This document shows, piece by piece, positions 38,779-52,742 of a DNA stretch of 64,000 nucleotides. Within the stretch, counting starts at the first letter, position 1. Each line of letters opens with the position of its first letter. Below the pieces are notes generated by a model. That model did not search any database, had not been told where the DNA came from, and was given only the letters and a program-made list of their open reading frames with translations. Origin of the DNA: Geosiphon pyriformis uo1. Its lineage: Eukaryota; Fungi; Glomeromycota. The stretch is taken from positions 806,001-870,000 of the forward strand of contig JAAOMT010000607.1 in NCBI GenBank assembly GCA_016748015.1. Reading direction: 5' to 3'. The translations under genes and the position numbers were made by a program.

Positions 38779-40663
38779 TCAAAATATGAATTTTGAGGGA
38801 CCTTCTTTGAGCATTTTAACAACCCAGAAATTTTGTTTGTTGGAATGATAAGGACAGAAAAGATTTCGACAGGCTTGCTCATTCCATCCACAGAAGCCAC
38901 GACTGATTTAACGTGAAGGGTGTGAATTAAAAGGTTTAAAATCATCATGTGTAAAATGTAAAGTGAAGATAAAAGTAAAAATACATGCCCAATCTTGAAA
39001 GTGTATTGTGAATCAGGGGCCACTTGGACGTAGTCCCATGTCTCCTCAACCTTTAGTCTAGGCCTTTTGATTTTCTTCTTAATCGTGAAAGTTTCAGGGA
39101 TTTTTTCCGTCTTTTCACCGTTTTCTTGAATGCTTTTGTTTTCAGGGTGACTAAAATAATCAATATCCATAGGCTCGCTTTCGTTAGATGCCTCATTAAT
39201 TCGTCGCTTCTGTGAAAATGACGACTTATCATCCGATTTTGGAACAAGCGAGGATTCGAAAGGATTTTGAAGATCTGATAATTGTGGAATTTTTGATTCC
39301 ATGCCCACCCCTGGAGAAAATAAGTTCGGTTTCTCGGGAGACTTTTCTTCGATCAAAGACGATCTTAACACTTTTTGTGGATTAAAAGTGGTTCCCAATT
39401 CGAAGGTCCTTTGCAAAATTGGTTGTTTTTGAATAGTTTCCTGTGGTATTGTAGGAGATGAAAATGGATTTGTGCGGAAAAATATTGGAGGTTGAAATGG
39501 TGCTTTTGAGAACGAAGACGGATTTGTAGGTGGCACCATGGAAATATTATTAGCCTTTACAACTAAAGATGTATTTCGATTATCGCTTTGAGGAGTTTTT
39601 CCAGGCGTAGGGGGGTCTAATGATGGGAGATCCTGTGATTTTAGCCACCAATGGTTTTCTTCGATTGATTCTTCAGCATCGCTCGGAATTAGACGTTCCC
39701 AATGAAAGGGAGCAGGGTAGGCAGAGAAGAAATCAAAAGCTCTGCAGCGAATGCAAGTATGATTGTATTCCCTCCGAAAACTTTCCAAAAATTCTTCAAC
39801 ATAATCAGAACTATTAATTCGTGAGGAATTTGAAGGTGGTGATGAACTTGTCGGTATAAACGAGTCAAGCGGCTTTGATGGAGGAAATTCTTGACCACCA
39901 AAGGGCGATAAAGAAGTTGAACGAAAGACACTAGACATGGATGAAAGATCTGGAAGTGCTGGTGATGAGCCAAGGTTACCAGAGCCGGAAAAAGAAGGTC
40001 CATTTCTCGTGGCATCTGAAGGAAGCGATGTGAATGGGCTTGTTTTAACCCCAAAACTTGGACCAAAGTCCGGTGTAGCATTTTGAGGAGGAGTTGTCAC
40101 TACTGTTTCGAAAGGACTACTAATAGCTATTGAGCCAGATGCAATCCCCGAGATCGACGAAATAATGGACTGGTTGGCGCTAGAAGAAAATCAAAATCTG
40201 GAGATGTAGGGAAACGCCTAAAATTTTTCCACCGAAACACCAGTCTGGTACTGTAAACTGCAACTTACTCCACCTCAACAGTCTCATATTCCATTTCTTC
40301 ATCTTCATCACGTCGTTCTGAGCTTCTTACTGGAATAGTTTTATCACGAATAGGAGCCCTTTGCCAGGAAAAATTATTTCCTCTTCGAGGCGATTTATTG
40401 TTTCCTCTACCTCTATTTGGGCCATAATTAATTTGAGGTCCCAGCCGCTGAGAGACTTCGCTACTGAAAGCAGCTCTCTCTGAAGCTGATTGCCCACCTG
40501 AAACATCATTTCGGATTTGCATGTTTCCATATGGTGCAGTTGCTCTCCACGGTCGATTCATTCCCCGACCGCGGATTGGCTGTCCATCAACTCCTTGACG
40601 TATTAAAATACGACTTTGATTTTCACGAGGAGAATTTTGAAGGCTGCTGCGTTTCTCTGCCAT
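38779..40663 (-). CDS. Hypothetical low-complexity protein with RG-rich N-terminus and C-terminal CCCH-like finger; exons 40663-40269, 40179-38989, 38902-38779
   Basis: Long CpG-rich ORFs; GTAAGT intron in frame; last exon needs a GC-AG intron. Confidence 0.7.
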
Positions 40664-41194
40664 GGTAGTAATGTGAAAATACTCGTACGATAAATAGTTG
40701 TTGTTTTCTAGTAGGATGCAAGAAATTTAGCATGAAAACAATCTTCAGCGAAATTAAAATTCCGAACTATAGAATCTTCGAATCAGGAAATTCACCATTA
40801 ACATGCTAACATACTGTTTTTATAGTTTTCACATTTTATTATGTTCTTCAGAATTTTTTTCTTTTTTATATTTCTCAAAATTTCAAAGTAAAAAATTTAT
40901 TAAATTAATTTTAGTATTATCCAGAACAATTAGATCAGTTTACTACTAAAAAATTTATTTATAATTAGCTAGATACCAAAATAACAAATTAATAAATCGA
41001 CAAAATTAGACCATTTTAGAATAATTGATAATTAAATATTTAATAATTTAAATAATAATTAATAATAATTTATTGTATATAAAATAAATAAAAAAACTTT
41101 TTGCTTTTTAGTTTTGTAAATTTTATGTTTATAAAAAACAACCATTATTTTTTATAATATAAATAAGAAAACAACAAGTAAACAATTAAACAAA

Positions 41195-43900
41195 TTTTTT
41201 TATTATGCTTTTATAAAATATGACCCAATTATTATCTCAAACCATACAATAAAATATTATTATACAAAAAGCTGTGGCATACACTTTTACTACATGTGAT
41301 TAGCCATTCAAGCTGATTAAAATTATATCTTTTTATTGAGTATTAAAAGATTTAACAACTTTAATAAAATTAAATTAAAATTTAAAACCAAATTTAAATA
41401 ATCTTTAAAACCAAAAATTGAGTATAAACCAAAAACAAAATTAATTAAACAAGTTTTATCAAAATTTATCAAAATTAAATAATTACTTATATTAAAAATA
41501 ATAAAATATTTAATAATTAAACTTTTTTTTTATATTTTATTCTGAATTTAAAATTAGATATTCTAATTTTTTTTATAACTTATAATCAAAACTTAAATAA
41601 AATTAACAACTTTAAATAATATCAAATTTACAATTCCAAAAAAACCAAAAAATTATTTACATTAATTTTTAAATACCAAATTTTTAACAAAAACTATATA
41701 TACAAAATCATTTTTTTTAATTAATATTAAATAATACAAAATAAAAAAATTAAAAACTAAAATTTTAACACATAATTTTTATATTTTAATAAACTTATTA
41801 AATTTAATACACAAAAAAAAATGATTTAAATCTTTTTTTTATATTAAATATAAATTTTATTAAAGTAATTTTTATTATAATGTTTTTTTCTAATTATTAT
41901 TAATAGTTTTTATAAAAAGCTTTAATAAAATATATATACAAGTTATTAAATCTTATATTTGTAAATTCAGATTTAATATATTTGTTAAAATGCTAAATTT
42001 ACATTAAAAAAGATTAATAATTTTTTTTTACATATTATAATTTATAAATTTAATACCATAAAAATTTTTTTATAAAATATTATTAATAAAATCAAAAAAA
42101 AACTTTTTTATATTGTTGAATATTTTTTAATATAATAATATTATAAGTTTTAATAAAATATTTAACAATTTATTAAAATAATTAATAGTTTATAAAAATA
42201 ACTTGTAGTTTGTCAAATATATTTTAGTTTACCAAAACATAAAAAAAAATGCTAAATTATAAAAAAATATTACAATAAATTATTTAAAAAAAGAGCTTTT
42301 TTTTTGAAAAAATATATTTTAAGATAACAAATAATTAATTAATACAAATCAATTAAATAAAATTTACTTTAAAAACCAATAAAATTTTTTATATTTATTA
42401 TTGTTTAAAATTCACAAATTTTGATTAAACATTTTAAAATTAATTAATTATTAATTTTAGATTTAAATATAAGATATTTTTTTTATGTTTTTATTTATTT
42501 TAAATTCTTTTTTTTTATATTATTAAGTAGTTACAATTAAAATTTTCTGTAAAAAGTAGATTTTTACTGCAAATAACTACATATTATTAAAAAAATTTTA
42601 TAAAAAAATTAATTTTTACTGTAAAATAACTATATAAAATAATTAATATAGAATTAACTATTTCATTATAAGTTTTAATAACATAAATAGTTCAAAGTAT
42701 TTTTTTATACTTTGAAAATAAATTAATTATTAAAAGTTTATTAGCTTTTAATAATAACAGATTAATAATAAAATAATATTAACAATATTTAAAAAAAAAC
42801 TAAAATTATTAATAATACTATTAAATAAAAAATCAAATTTATAATGTTTTTAACTTTTTTAATTTTAATTACAGATTGTAAATTTATTATATAACCTAAA
42901 TAAAACTTTATTTTTTTTATTTTATACAGTAAAAAATTATAATAAATTTTTTATAATAAAAAAAACACTATATTTTAATTTAAATTATTATATAGTATAT
43001 AATTAATTATTAAATCAAAATTTGTTATTTTATTGTAAATATATTCAAAAAACGTTATAAATTTATTATATATCTAAATTTTAATTAAATTATTTTTTAA
43101 ATAAGACAACTTATTAAAATTATAAGTTTTATATATTTTTTATAATATTAACAAAATTTTATGATTTTTTTAAAGTATTTTTAATTATTAAACTAACAAC
43201 AAAAATAGATATATATGTAGAAATACTTTTAAATATAGAAAAATTATTTTTATAAAAAACATTTTTTTATAAATAGTCAAAATTTTATTAAAAATAATCT
43301 TAAAAAAAATCTTCTTTATTATTTTTATTAAAATAATTTGTTATGTATTTGTTAAAATATTTTTTTATTCATAAAATTTAAAAATTATTAAAACTTAAGC
43401 TTTTTTTATTCATCTAAAACTATTTTTAAACACAAATAAAAATTTATAAATCTAATAAAAAACCCAAAATTATTATATTATAATGTTTTTATATTTTATT
43501 TAATATATTAAACAAATTAACAACTTTGTTATTTAATAACTTTTTAATTATTTTTAAAAACTAGTTTAAATTTATATTATTTATTACATTAGAAAAAATT
43601 TTATTGCTTATATAATTTAAAAAACTAAATTATAAATACTAAATATTATATATTTTTATAATATAATTTATCTTAGATTTAATTAGCTTAAATTTAAAAT
43701 AAGTTCTTTATTAGTTACCAAATAATTTAATACAACATTTTTAAAAAGTTTTTTAAATATATTTTTAATTATTTTATTTTTAATCTTAATAAAATTTTCA
43801 GTCTAATTAGTAATAGCTATATAAATCTTAATATTTTAGCTTTAAACAATTTAGATAATTTATACAACTTTTTGATTTTGATTAAAGCCTAAAATATAAA
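41195..43900 (-). mobile_element. Extremely AT-eroded LINE (3' UTR plus ORF2 relic)
   Basis: 3' UTR motif at 41289-41320; 41800-41960 translates to a YFIKAF..RKKHYNKNY..DLNHFFLC-like relic of the ORF2 C-terminus; 5' limit approximate. Confidence 0.65.
42030..42817 (+). repeat. Eroded LTR related to family A, nested in the LINE relic
   Basis: AAAATAACTTGTAGTT block and the duplicated U5 block match 4840-5539; ends approximate. Confidence 0.6.
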
Positions 43901-46125
43901 AACCTTAAAATAAAATATTTTCTTTGAAAATTTTCTCAAATTAATGTTCTGTACATCAATAATTTTTTGTTAAAAAAATTTTTTAATTCTTGAAACTAAG
44001 GCTAAAAGTTATATCCAAAGCAGATTAATTGTTTATTAAAAAAATTTTTAAAAATAAAACTAGTTTATTTATTATTTTATATTAAACATAAAGATTGCTT
44101 TAAATGATTATAACACAAAATTAACAAAATATTATTATTTAACAGATTTTTTATTTAGTTAAAAGTGAGTTTACAAACAAATTATTGATAATATTAAAAC
44201 AAATTACATTTTGACTCATTTATCAATTCTTTTATTGTTTTTAATAAAATAATTTTTTCGAATTTTTCCAATTTTAAAAATAAAATCTATAAAATGATAG
44301 GTCTTATGCTTAACATTAGAGAATAGAATTAGTGTTAGCTTCTAAACTTTATTATGTATTAATGAATTTAAATTTAATTTCTTTTAAAACAAATGTTAAT
44401 TGTTAAAAATTCAAATTATTTTACAATATAATTTTTTATTTAATTTTTGATATTTCTAATTAATCAGGTATTAATTACATAAAATACACACAAAGTAGAT
44501 TTTATTAATTATTAAAACATTTGTTTATAATCTAAAAACTTATTTATTAGCTAATAAACTGTTTGTAAAAGCTTTTTAAACAATTTCTTAAATCTTGGAT
44601 TAAAAATATTAAAGTGTTTTTGTTAAAAAAAACACTGGAAATTTGAGTTTAAATGTGACTGTTATTGTTAATAGTAATATTGTCAAAAATTACTAAAATT
44701 AAAAGTAGGCTAATAAGTATTAAATTTCTGTTTTATAATAAAACTTTTATTATAATTATTAATATTTATGCTAAAGCTTTTGCTAAGAAAAAAATAATAC
44801 AAACTTAATTTTTTAATAAGATTATAACAAAAATGCTACATAAAAATACTTATATAATTATTAATAGTAATTTTAATAAAAATAAATATAATTATTATGT
44901 AAATATTGCTTTATTTAAAAATATAATTTGTTTAATATTCTGTTAAAAAAGCCTGAAATAAAAGATTAAACTTGACAAAATTCAAAAAGTATACAATAAT
45001 ATTATCCAAATAAAAAACATTTACAAAAATTTAAAAAAAAAGATATATAACAAAAATTACACAAAAAAAATATATAATTTAAAAATAGTAATAACAAATA
45101 ACATAAAAAAATAGTAAAAATAGCAAGCTTTTAAAAGTTATCTAATAAAATTAAAAATATGTATATATATAAATAGTTTTAGTTTAAGAAAAAAATATTT
45201 AATTTTTAATAGTAATTAAATTTGGTTTTATTACTATTTTTTCAAATTTAATAAAATTATTAATAAAATTTATATTTTTTGATTCGAAAATTTGAAATTA
45301 GTTAAAATAGTCTAAAATAATACAAAATAACAATTTAATAATTTAATTATTATAATAGTTTGATAAAAAAAAAAAAAATTTAAAAAAAAGATTTTATAAA
45401 AGATTATAATTTACTAAACAAAAAAAAACAATGTTAAATTCTATTAATTATAATAAAATAACATAAAATAAAACATATTACAAATAAAATTAAATATTTA
45501 ATTTAATAAAAAAAACTATTATTAATATTAAAATATAAAGGTTTTAATATTTTTAGAACTTAAAAATAAAATAATTAACAAAAATATTAAAAAACTTTTA
45601 AATTTAATTAAATTTTTAAAAATTAATAATATATAAAATAAACATTAAAAGTTATATTATTCTAATAAAATAAATTTTAAATTTTAAATTTTTTGTTTTT
45701 AAATAAAAAATTTTTTGGAATTTTAATTAAAAATAATATTAAATATAAAATAATATATATATTAATTAATTTTAAGTTTAATATTATTAGAAAATAAATT
45801 ATTATAAATTATTATAAATTATTAAAAATACAATATTAAATATATTAATATGATTATATAATTAAAATTTAATAATATTTTTTTAAGTAAAACTATTATT
45901 TATATAAAGTTTTATTATTATTATTATTATTATTAAACATTTAACAAGTGCAGCCCTAAAGTTTTTTAATATTATTAAAAAAATAATTTGAATTTAATGT
46001 AATAATTATTATAATTAGTTGTTTTTAATTTAGTTAATATAATAATAAAATTTTTAATAAAATTTTTTTTCAATTTTATAAACTAAAAAAAAGTGTTCTT
46101 CTTTGGACCGTTCTGTTGACTCTAA

Positions 46126-47086
46126 TGTTACAGATGATTATTTGGAGTCTCAAATCAAATAACAAATCCATAACTTGGTACTCAATATCTTGATAATACT
46201 GGTAATACTAGTATGTTGGTTGTATTTGAAGGTTTTAAAGTTGAGTTCTTTGTATAATAAACAGAGATTTGATGACAATATGGTTGGTGAGTTGTTTTTC
46301 TAATTTTTGTTTTCAGCATGGTGGCCAGTTTATTCTGGCAGTCATGCCTTTCTGGTAAGCTATCCGTTAATATATATATTCTTACTCTTATCTCTGGGTC
46401 TTTTATCAGGCTATCTATAACATCAATAATTCAGCACTTTAATCTTTAATCAATTAGTACACAACAATAAGATCAAAACAAGAAAAAAAATAAAGACAAT
46501 AAAAAAAAAGATAATGAAATAAATGAAAGCAATTACAAGTTAGTATCCCGTTAATAGCCATGATCAAGAACTATTGTTTCAGTGTTTTTAAGTATCAATT
46601 ACTATCAACATAAAGTGTTGATAGTAGAGAGTGGATTGAAATAGTGAATAATTATTTATTAAATATTTGTGAATAGAAGGTTGTTTAGATTAAATCTAAA
46701 CTGAGAGGTCTCTAACTAAAAGATTCTTTTTTTTTGTAATTTTAATAATTATGATTTTGCAAGTCTAATTGATTCTATAAATCTAATTGACTTTGCAAAT
46801 TAATTGACTCTGAGTCCCATTGACTCATTTTCTAACTTTTGATACTACTGCTATATATACATATTTGAGATTCCTTAATTCCTCAATTCTTTATGTCAGG
46901 AATTCTGCAATTCCTTTGAGAGGAATCCTGGAATTTTGGAATCCTGCAATTTCTCCTATAAGAATTCTGCAATTTCTGGAATCCTGTGATTCCTCTGAAA
47001 GGAATCCTGGAATTCCATATTTATTACATCTATCTATGATTGGCTAATTTATATGCTAATATACTTTTTATATTTTATGAGTAACA
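46126..47086 (-). repeat. LTR family C (5' LTR with a short internal stub, or solo LTR)
   Basis: TGTTAC...GTAACA; similar to the reverse complement of 57105-57980. Confidence 0.88.
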
Positions 47087-48260
47087 CCAACTTTTCCAAA
47101 AAGTGCTGGATTGAGAAAAAACACATCCATTCTACTATCACTTCTAAGAATCTGTCAGTTGTTTGGGTCAAGATTAAGAGTTATTCTGGAATTGTTACTA
47201 ATAAGCGTGCAGACTTTTTTACAGATGCTGCTACCAGTTCGAAGTTTGTGCTGCCTGTTGGTGTGATGCATCACTTTCTTGCTGTCGAAAGCAGGCCTGT
47301 TTCTGGTAATGCTTGTCACTTCATAAGATGTCTTTTCAATGCTGTTAATTTTGTTGGGTAGGAATTTAGGTGTACAGAATATGCTGTGGATCTTAGTCTT
47401 AATATGCTGAACATTCAAAGTTTGGCATCCAGATGGTAGTATTTGCTCAGACTTTTTTAGTTTTGCCTTTGTGGTGTTCAGGTCTTATTTTATAAAGGCT
47501 CTGCACCATTGGCTGCCTACTGTAAAAAGGAAAAAGTTGTACAAATCGAGTTATTCTAGTATTTTGTACATCTATTGCAGTTTGACTGATAATTCTGATC
47601 ATGTGTTTTTATGTAAAAAAAACTCTGATGCCAAGAAGAAGTTGATCTTTAATATGGTTAGTGCTTGAATTGCCATGTTGAACATTGGCTATGCTAGATG
47701 TGCTGTGGTTTAATCCTTGCATATGGCTAAATTGTCTGATTACTTATATATGGCTTTAGCCAAAAGTTTTGTGGTAAAAAATTGGGTGGATAACACTATG
47801 AATATGTTGAATCTTGGATCTAATAGGAGATTATTGGTCATCAATATGATCCATAACTTCACTGAAAGCCACAGATCTACTATCTGGGTGCCAAATGTCA
47901 GGCTGAAGGTGTATTATAAAAAGCATGATCTTTTGCTGAGGGATAGATCTGTGGCACCAGCCATTTCTGGATTGGCCTCTTAGTGGTCTTGTAAGGAGAT
48001 TTGTGATTTTGGTATCAGATTAGATATTCATATGTGTTTTGGCTTGCATTCTGGATTGGCAAGTATGCATTTTGGTTTTCCGCATAACTTCTCAGTAGTT
48101 GGTAGTTTAGGTGTGTAGTGCTGTCTTGACTGGTCCAAGTGGCTGGTTATGTATAGAAAAAGCATGAGCCACACTTAATTTAGGATTCTGTTTGATCTTA
48201 TGTATTTAAGTAGTAGTTAGACTGCATTTATTAATAAAAAAATAATAATAATAATAATAA
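47087..48260 (+). mobile_element. LINE 3' fragment (RNase H end, zinc domain, 3' UTR, A/(AAT)n tail)
   Basis: KKCWIE..WVKIKSYSG..NKRAD; YFIKALHHWLP; conserved UTR. Confidence 0.88.
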
Positions 48261-48778
48261 ATTTATTAAAAAAAATTGTAAATATTTTAAAATAATTAAT
48301 ATAAATTTTTAAATATAATGAAAATTATTTTTATAATTAATAATTTATTTAATAATAAAACAATTAGTTTTTTTAAATTTCAAATAAATTGCAATTTTTT
48401 GATACAAAATATGTTATTAAACTTATTAGATACTTGTATTATATTGAAAAAACATTAAATTCTTAAAAATAGTTTGAATTTTTATGATTTCCAAATTTTA
48501 TAATTAAAAAAAAGTTTTTATAAATATTTAATTTATAATTTTAATTAAATTTACTTTATAATTATTATAATATTTTAAAAAAAAACAATTTTTTTGTTTT
48601 AAAAATATATATTATATATTTATTTATTTTAATAAAAAGATTAATTATTAAAAAAAAAACTTCTTTCTTTCTTATCTCCAAAAATTCTCAAAAAGCATAT
48701 TTTTTGTGAAAAGAAGTTTTTTTGTTTTTTAGTTTATTTTAACATTTCTTTATCTAGTAATAACCCATTTTTCGGGAT

Positions 48779-50640
48779 ATGAAAGCTACTGCAAGTAGCT
48801 CCATATCTAAAAAAAAGACACCTAAAAGTGCTTTTCATGGTCCTGCTGGTGATTCATTTTCTCAGAAAAAGAAAGTTGTCATTGGTAATATCAAACACTT
48901 TGGTAATGAAAAAGATATATCTTTAAGTAAATCTGGGCCTGGTGACAGTATATATTCTGATGTGGATAGTATATCTGGTAATGATAAAGATGTGGCATGT
49001 TTGGTGTAAATAATGGATCTCTTTTGGGCTTGGCTGCTACTACACCCAAAGCAAAGTGGGTTAATACTGGTGCTGTTTTTGGTTCCCCACTCGGTTCCCC
49101 CAATTTTTATATGGATAATGATAAAGTTGTACTCCCTTCTTGCTTGTTTATTTCTCTTGAAAAGAAGTAGATTGACCCAAAGATCATTAAAACTCCTATG
49201 AAAGTGTTAGTCAAAAAGTTGTTTGTTTTGGATATTAATCTTTCAGCTGTAAAAGAGAAATCAGCAATGGCAAAAACTCAGTTAATCAAAAAAATTTTTT
49301 CTTCAGTTAATGGTTTTGGGGGAGCCCACTACCCTTTCAAAATTTGAGAGGATCATCTGATTGACATTTACTTCTAAGGAAAGCTTGATTAAGGCTATAT
49401 TATTGGCCAAAGAGAAGGGGATTATTGTAAACAGCAATCTCAAAAAACAAGAAATTTGTTCAGATTGGGCTGTAGTAATCAAAAAAATTCTCATAAATAT
49501 GCCAAAAGAAATAATCATTATCATAGTATCTGAGTTTGGTTATATTAAGTCAATCAAGATTCAGCTAATTAGAATATGGCAAAAGGCTGTGGCGGAATTT
49601 GCTGAATTGGAACAGGCAAAACAGCTGGCATCAAGATAGTCATTCCTCATTGAAAAAACTCAGTGCATGTGGCTATGACTGTGGAGGATCAGGATACTTG
49701 GATGTCTAAGGATTGCTTTAGGGTGCTTTTGTTTACTTTGCTGATAGGAACAACTGCACACAATCTTGATACTCTTTTGGAAAGAGCTGGTGGGAAAATT
49801 TGTGTGATCAACCATTTTCTGGAGACTGACAACCAAACTTACTGTGCTATTGTAGGTTTTGAATCTGAAAATAAGCTTGAGTCTGCATTTTGCACTGAGT
49901 CAATTTTTGGTGATGTGAAACTTTTATGGGCTAAATTGGACTTGGTTTGATGTGAAAAGTGTGGGAAGTTTGGATACTCAACTTTGGAATATAATGCTTC
50001 TGACTTTCTGGTGTTTGCTCTTTCCAAAAAAACTTTTAAAAAAAATGCTTTTGATGTAAATTGTTTTCAGTTGGCCAGATTATATGCCAAAAAAAATGTT
50101 CTTATTTCTTGTCCTGCTGTCTTCAGTAACAAGTTGTGGGCTCAAGTGGTTTCTTTTGCATCTTCTTTTGGTGGTCTTCAGTTTGATTCTGGTTCTGGTT
50201 CTTTTCTTTCTGGTGCTTTAGATTTGGATGATGGTTTTTCTTTTGTTCTGACCAATAATTTGTCCTTGGTTGCTTGTTTGGTCTTTTTGGAATAATTCTT
50301 AGAGTTCTTGAGTAATCAAGTTTTTGGCATTGTGTGCAAACTCAACAGCATAGAATTGGTGCCTTTGGCCCCTTTTCTCTCTTCTGGTCATACAGTTGTC
50401 CCAATAATTATCGACTTGAATTTGAACTTGGATATAATTTTGGATGATTCTGTGGTGGTGCCTGCACCTCCTCTTGTTGTTTCAGCTCTGGGCTTTAGCA
50501 GCTCAAAGATTTTAACTACCAAGGTGGGCTGTTTGGAGTTTAAGTTGGTGGTTCTTGAAGTCTCTATTGGTTCTGTTTTGGTAAAGTTAGATTAGTTGTG
50601 TGCTAACTCAGGTTTCAAGATTTCTTCTTCCTCCCAATAT
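48779..50640 (+). pseudogene. LINE b ORF1 (RRM-like repeats, CCHC knuckle, coiled coil)
   Basis: VSEFG.IKSIKIQL..WQKAV.EF; CEKCGKFGYSTLEY (eroded CCHC). Confidence 0.8.
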
Positions 50641-51694
50641 GTGGTTTGATCTGGAAGATAGCTATGTGTAATGTTCGAAGCATTAATGTGTCTGCTAAAC
50701 AGGAAGATGTTGTGTGCTGGCACAAAGACTCAGGGAATATTATTTTAGTGATTATGGAAACAAAGCTAAGGCCTAACATTATGCATTGGATTATGAACAG
50801 ATTCAATGGTGTGCAGATTTTTACTTCTGGTTTGGATATAAGTTTTTTTGATACTGGGGTGGCTATTATTATGGACAATTTCTTAGTGTGTCATGTTTTT
50901 AAGGTGGAGGAGATTTCTAGTTGTGTTGTTTCAGTTCATTTCCTCTTCAAAGACAAGACTTCAGTTTTGATTGTCAGTTTGTATGCTGGTGCCTCTTCTG
51001 GTGTTAGGTTCAGTCTGGTCTCTGAGGTCAATTTTTTTATAGTCTGGATGGTTAATTCTAGTACTTTTGTTGTCTTGGGTGGTGATTTTAATAAGAACAG
51101 GTTTAGAAAGAGTACAAGTTTTGGGTTTTGTTCAAATTTGAGCTTGGTCAATTTCTTTGGTGGCCATTTTTTGGCTAGTGCACCTACATAGAGCAATTTA
51201 AAGGGTGTTAATAGAGTTATTAACTATATTTTTGTTAGTGAAAGCCTCATTTTAGCAGTGGCTGGTCACAAAGTTGGTTCTGTTTCTGAGTTTTTTAATA
51301 CTAATCACAATGCTGTTTCTATTTTTGTAGACTTGAGAGATCTTCTGGATGCTCAATTAAACAATATATGTAAGTAGGCTAATAAAGATCATTGAAAGTT
51401 CAAATTGAAAGGAGTGAATGATAGCAGGTGGGAATGTTTTAGAAAGTGTTTTTTAGAAAAGTTTTTGGCAAGGGCAAAAGAGTTTCTTGATGCAGAACAT
51501 GGTAGTAACTTGGATGCAATGTGGAAGATTCTTAGAGAGGTGGTAGTTGATTCTGCTGATGATATTTTTTCTCAGCTCTAGTTTAATGAGTTTAATTGTG
51601 CCAGAAATAAGCTATCTTCAAAATTTTTCAGATTGGAACTGCTGTTGTCTAAAATTGTCAAGAAATTAGGTTTAGGGCTGGGTTCAACAGCCAA

Positions 51695-52742
51695 TGTTAT
51701 GGATAAACTTGGTGGATAATGGAACTGGTAATGTTTGGTGCTCTCAATTATTGGGGATGCATCTTCTGTGTAATTCTGTTGGTTTAGTCTTGGTTATCAG
51801 TCTCTGAAGGTCTATTCCTGGATGTGAATTTACCTGTTGAGTTCTTTGGTTATAAGGCATAGAGTTTGTTTTTTGTTGATTGCAATGTTTTTTATAAATA
51901 TAAGCTTTTTTTTTGAGCTAATAAGCACAGTCATTAGGGTCTAGCATTGTCTTTTCATTCTTCTGATAAGCTATTAAGATAATGTTAATATCCAAAACCT
52001 AGGAGGAGCCTTCTTCTTTTATCAGGCTATCACGAAGTCTATTCTCAGACAGTCAATTTTTCTATGTTGCCACTTCATAAGAGAAAAAANNNNNNNNNNN
52101 NNNNNNNNNAAAAAAAAAAAAAAAAAAAAAAAAAAAGAAAATAAAAGAAAATAAAAGAAAAAAAAAAAAATAAAAAAAATAAAAATAAGAAATAAGTGTT
52201 CTGTCAATAGCCGTGATCAAGAGCTATTGTGCCAGCAGGTTAAGTAGTGGATAATAACATGGATTTAAAGAATTAAAGGGATATTTTATTGATATAATTC
52301 TATTTCGGTTGATAGCAACTATCTTTAAAAAGAAGAGTATTTAATAATTATGACCTGTGAGTCTAATTGATTCTGAAAGTTTAATTGACTTCTGAAAGTC
52401 TAATTTTCTTTTTGGATGTCTTTCTAACTTCTATAGCTACTCATTTTATACATTCTTTTTGTTCTACAAGATTACTTCTAATTGTTCTGTTATTGCTAAC
52501 TATTGCTTTGCTATTTTTGTAATTGCTTCGTTTTTCTATGTTATTACTAGTTATCCTATGTTATAATATGTTATCTGGTGTTATTACATGTTATTCTGTG
52601 TTATCTTACATTATAATGCATTATCCTGCATTATTTTAAGTTATAATGTGTTATTCAACGTTATTGTATACTATTCTGTATTATGTCATATTTTGGTCAC
52701 ATTTCTTTATAACTTTGGATCAGTTTTTCTACTTGGGTAATA
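51695..52742 (-). repeat. 3' LTR of element D (N gap 52090-52109)
   Basis: Direct repeat of 54226-55233. Confidence 0.9.

Noticed and set aside
40850-46080. Organelle or endosymbiont insert, or centromere core, suggested by extreme AT content
   Set aside because: Recognisable LINE and LTR relics explain much of it; no organellar or bacterial genes seen
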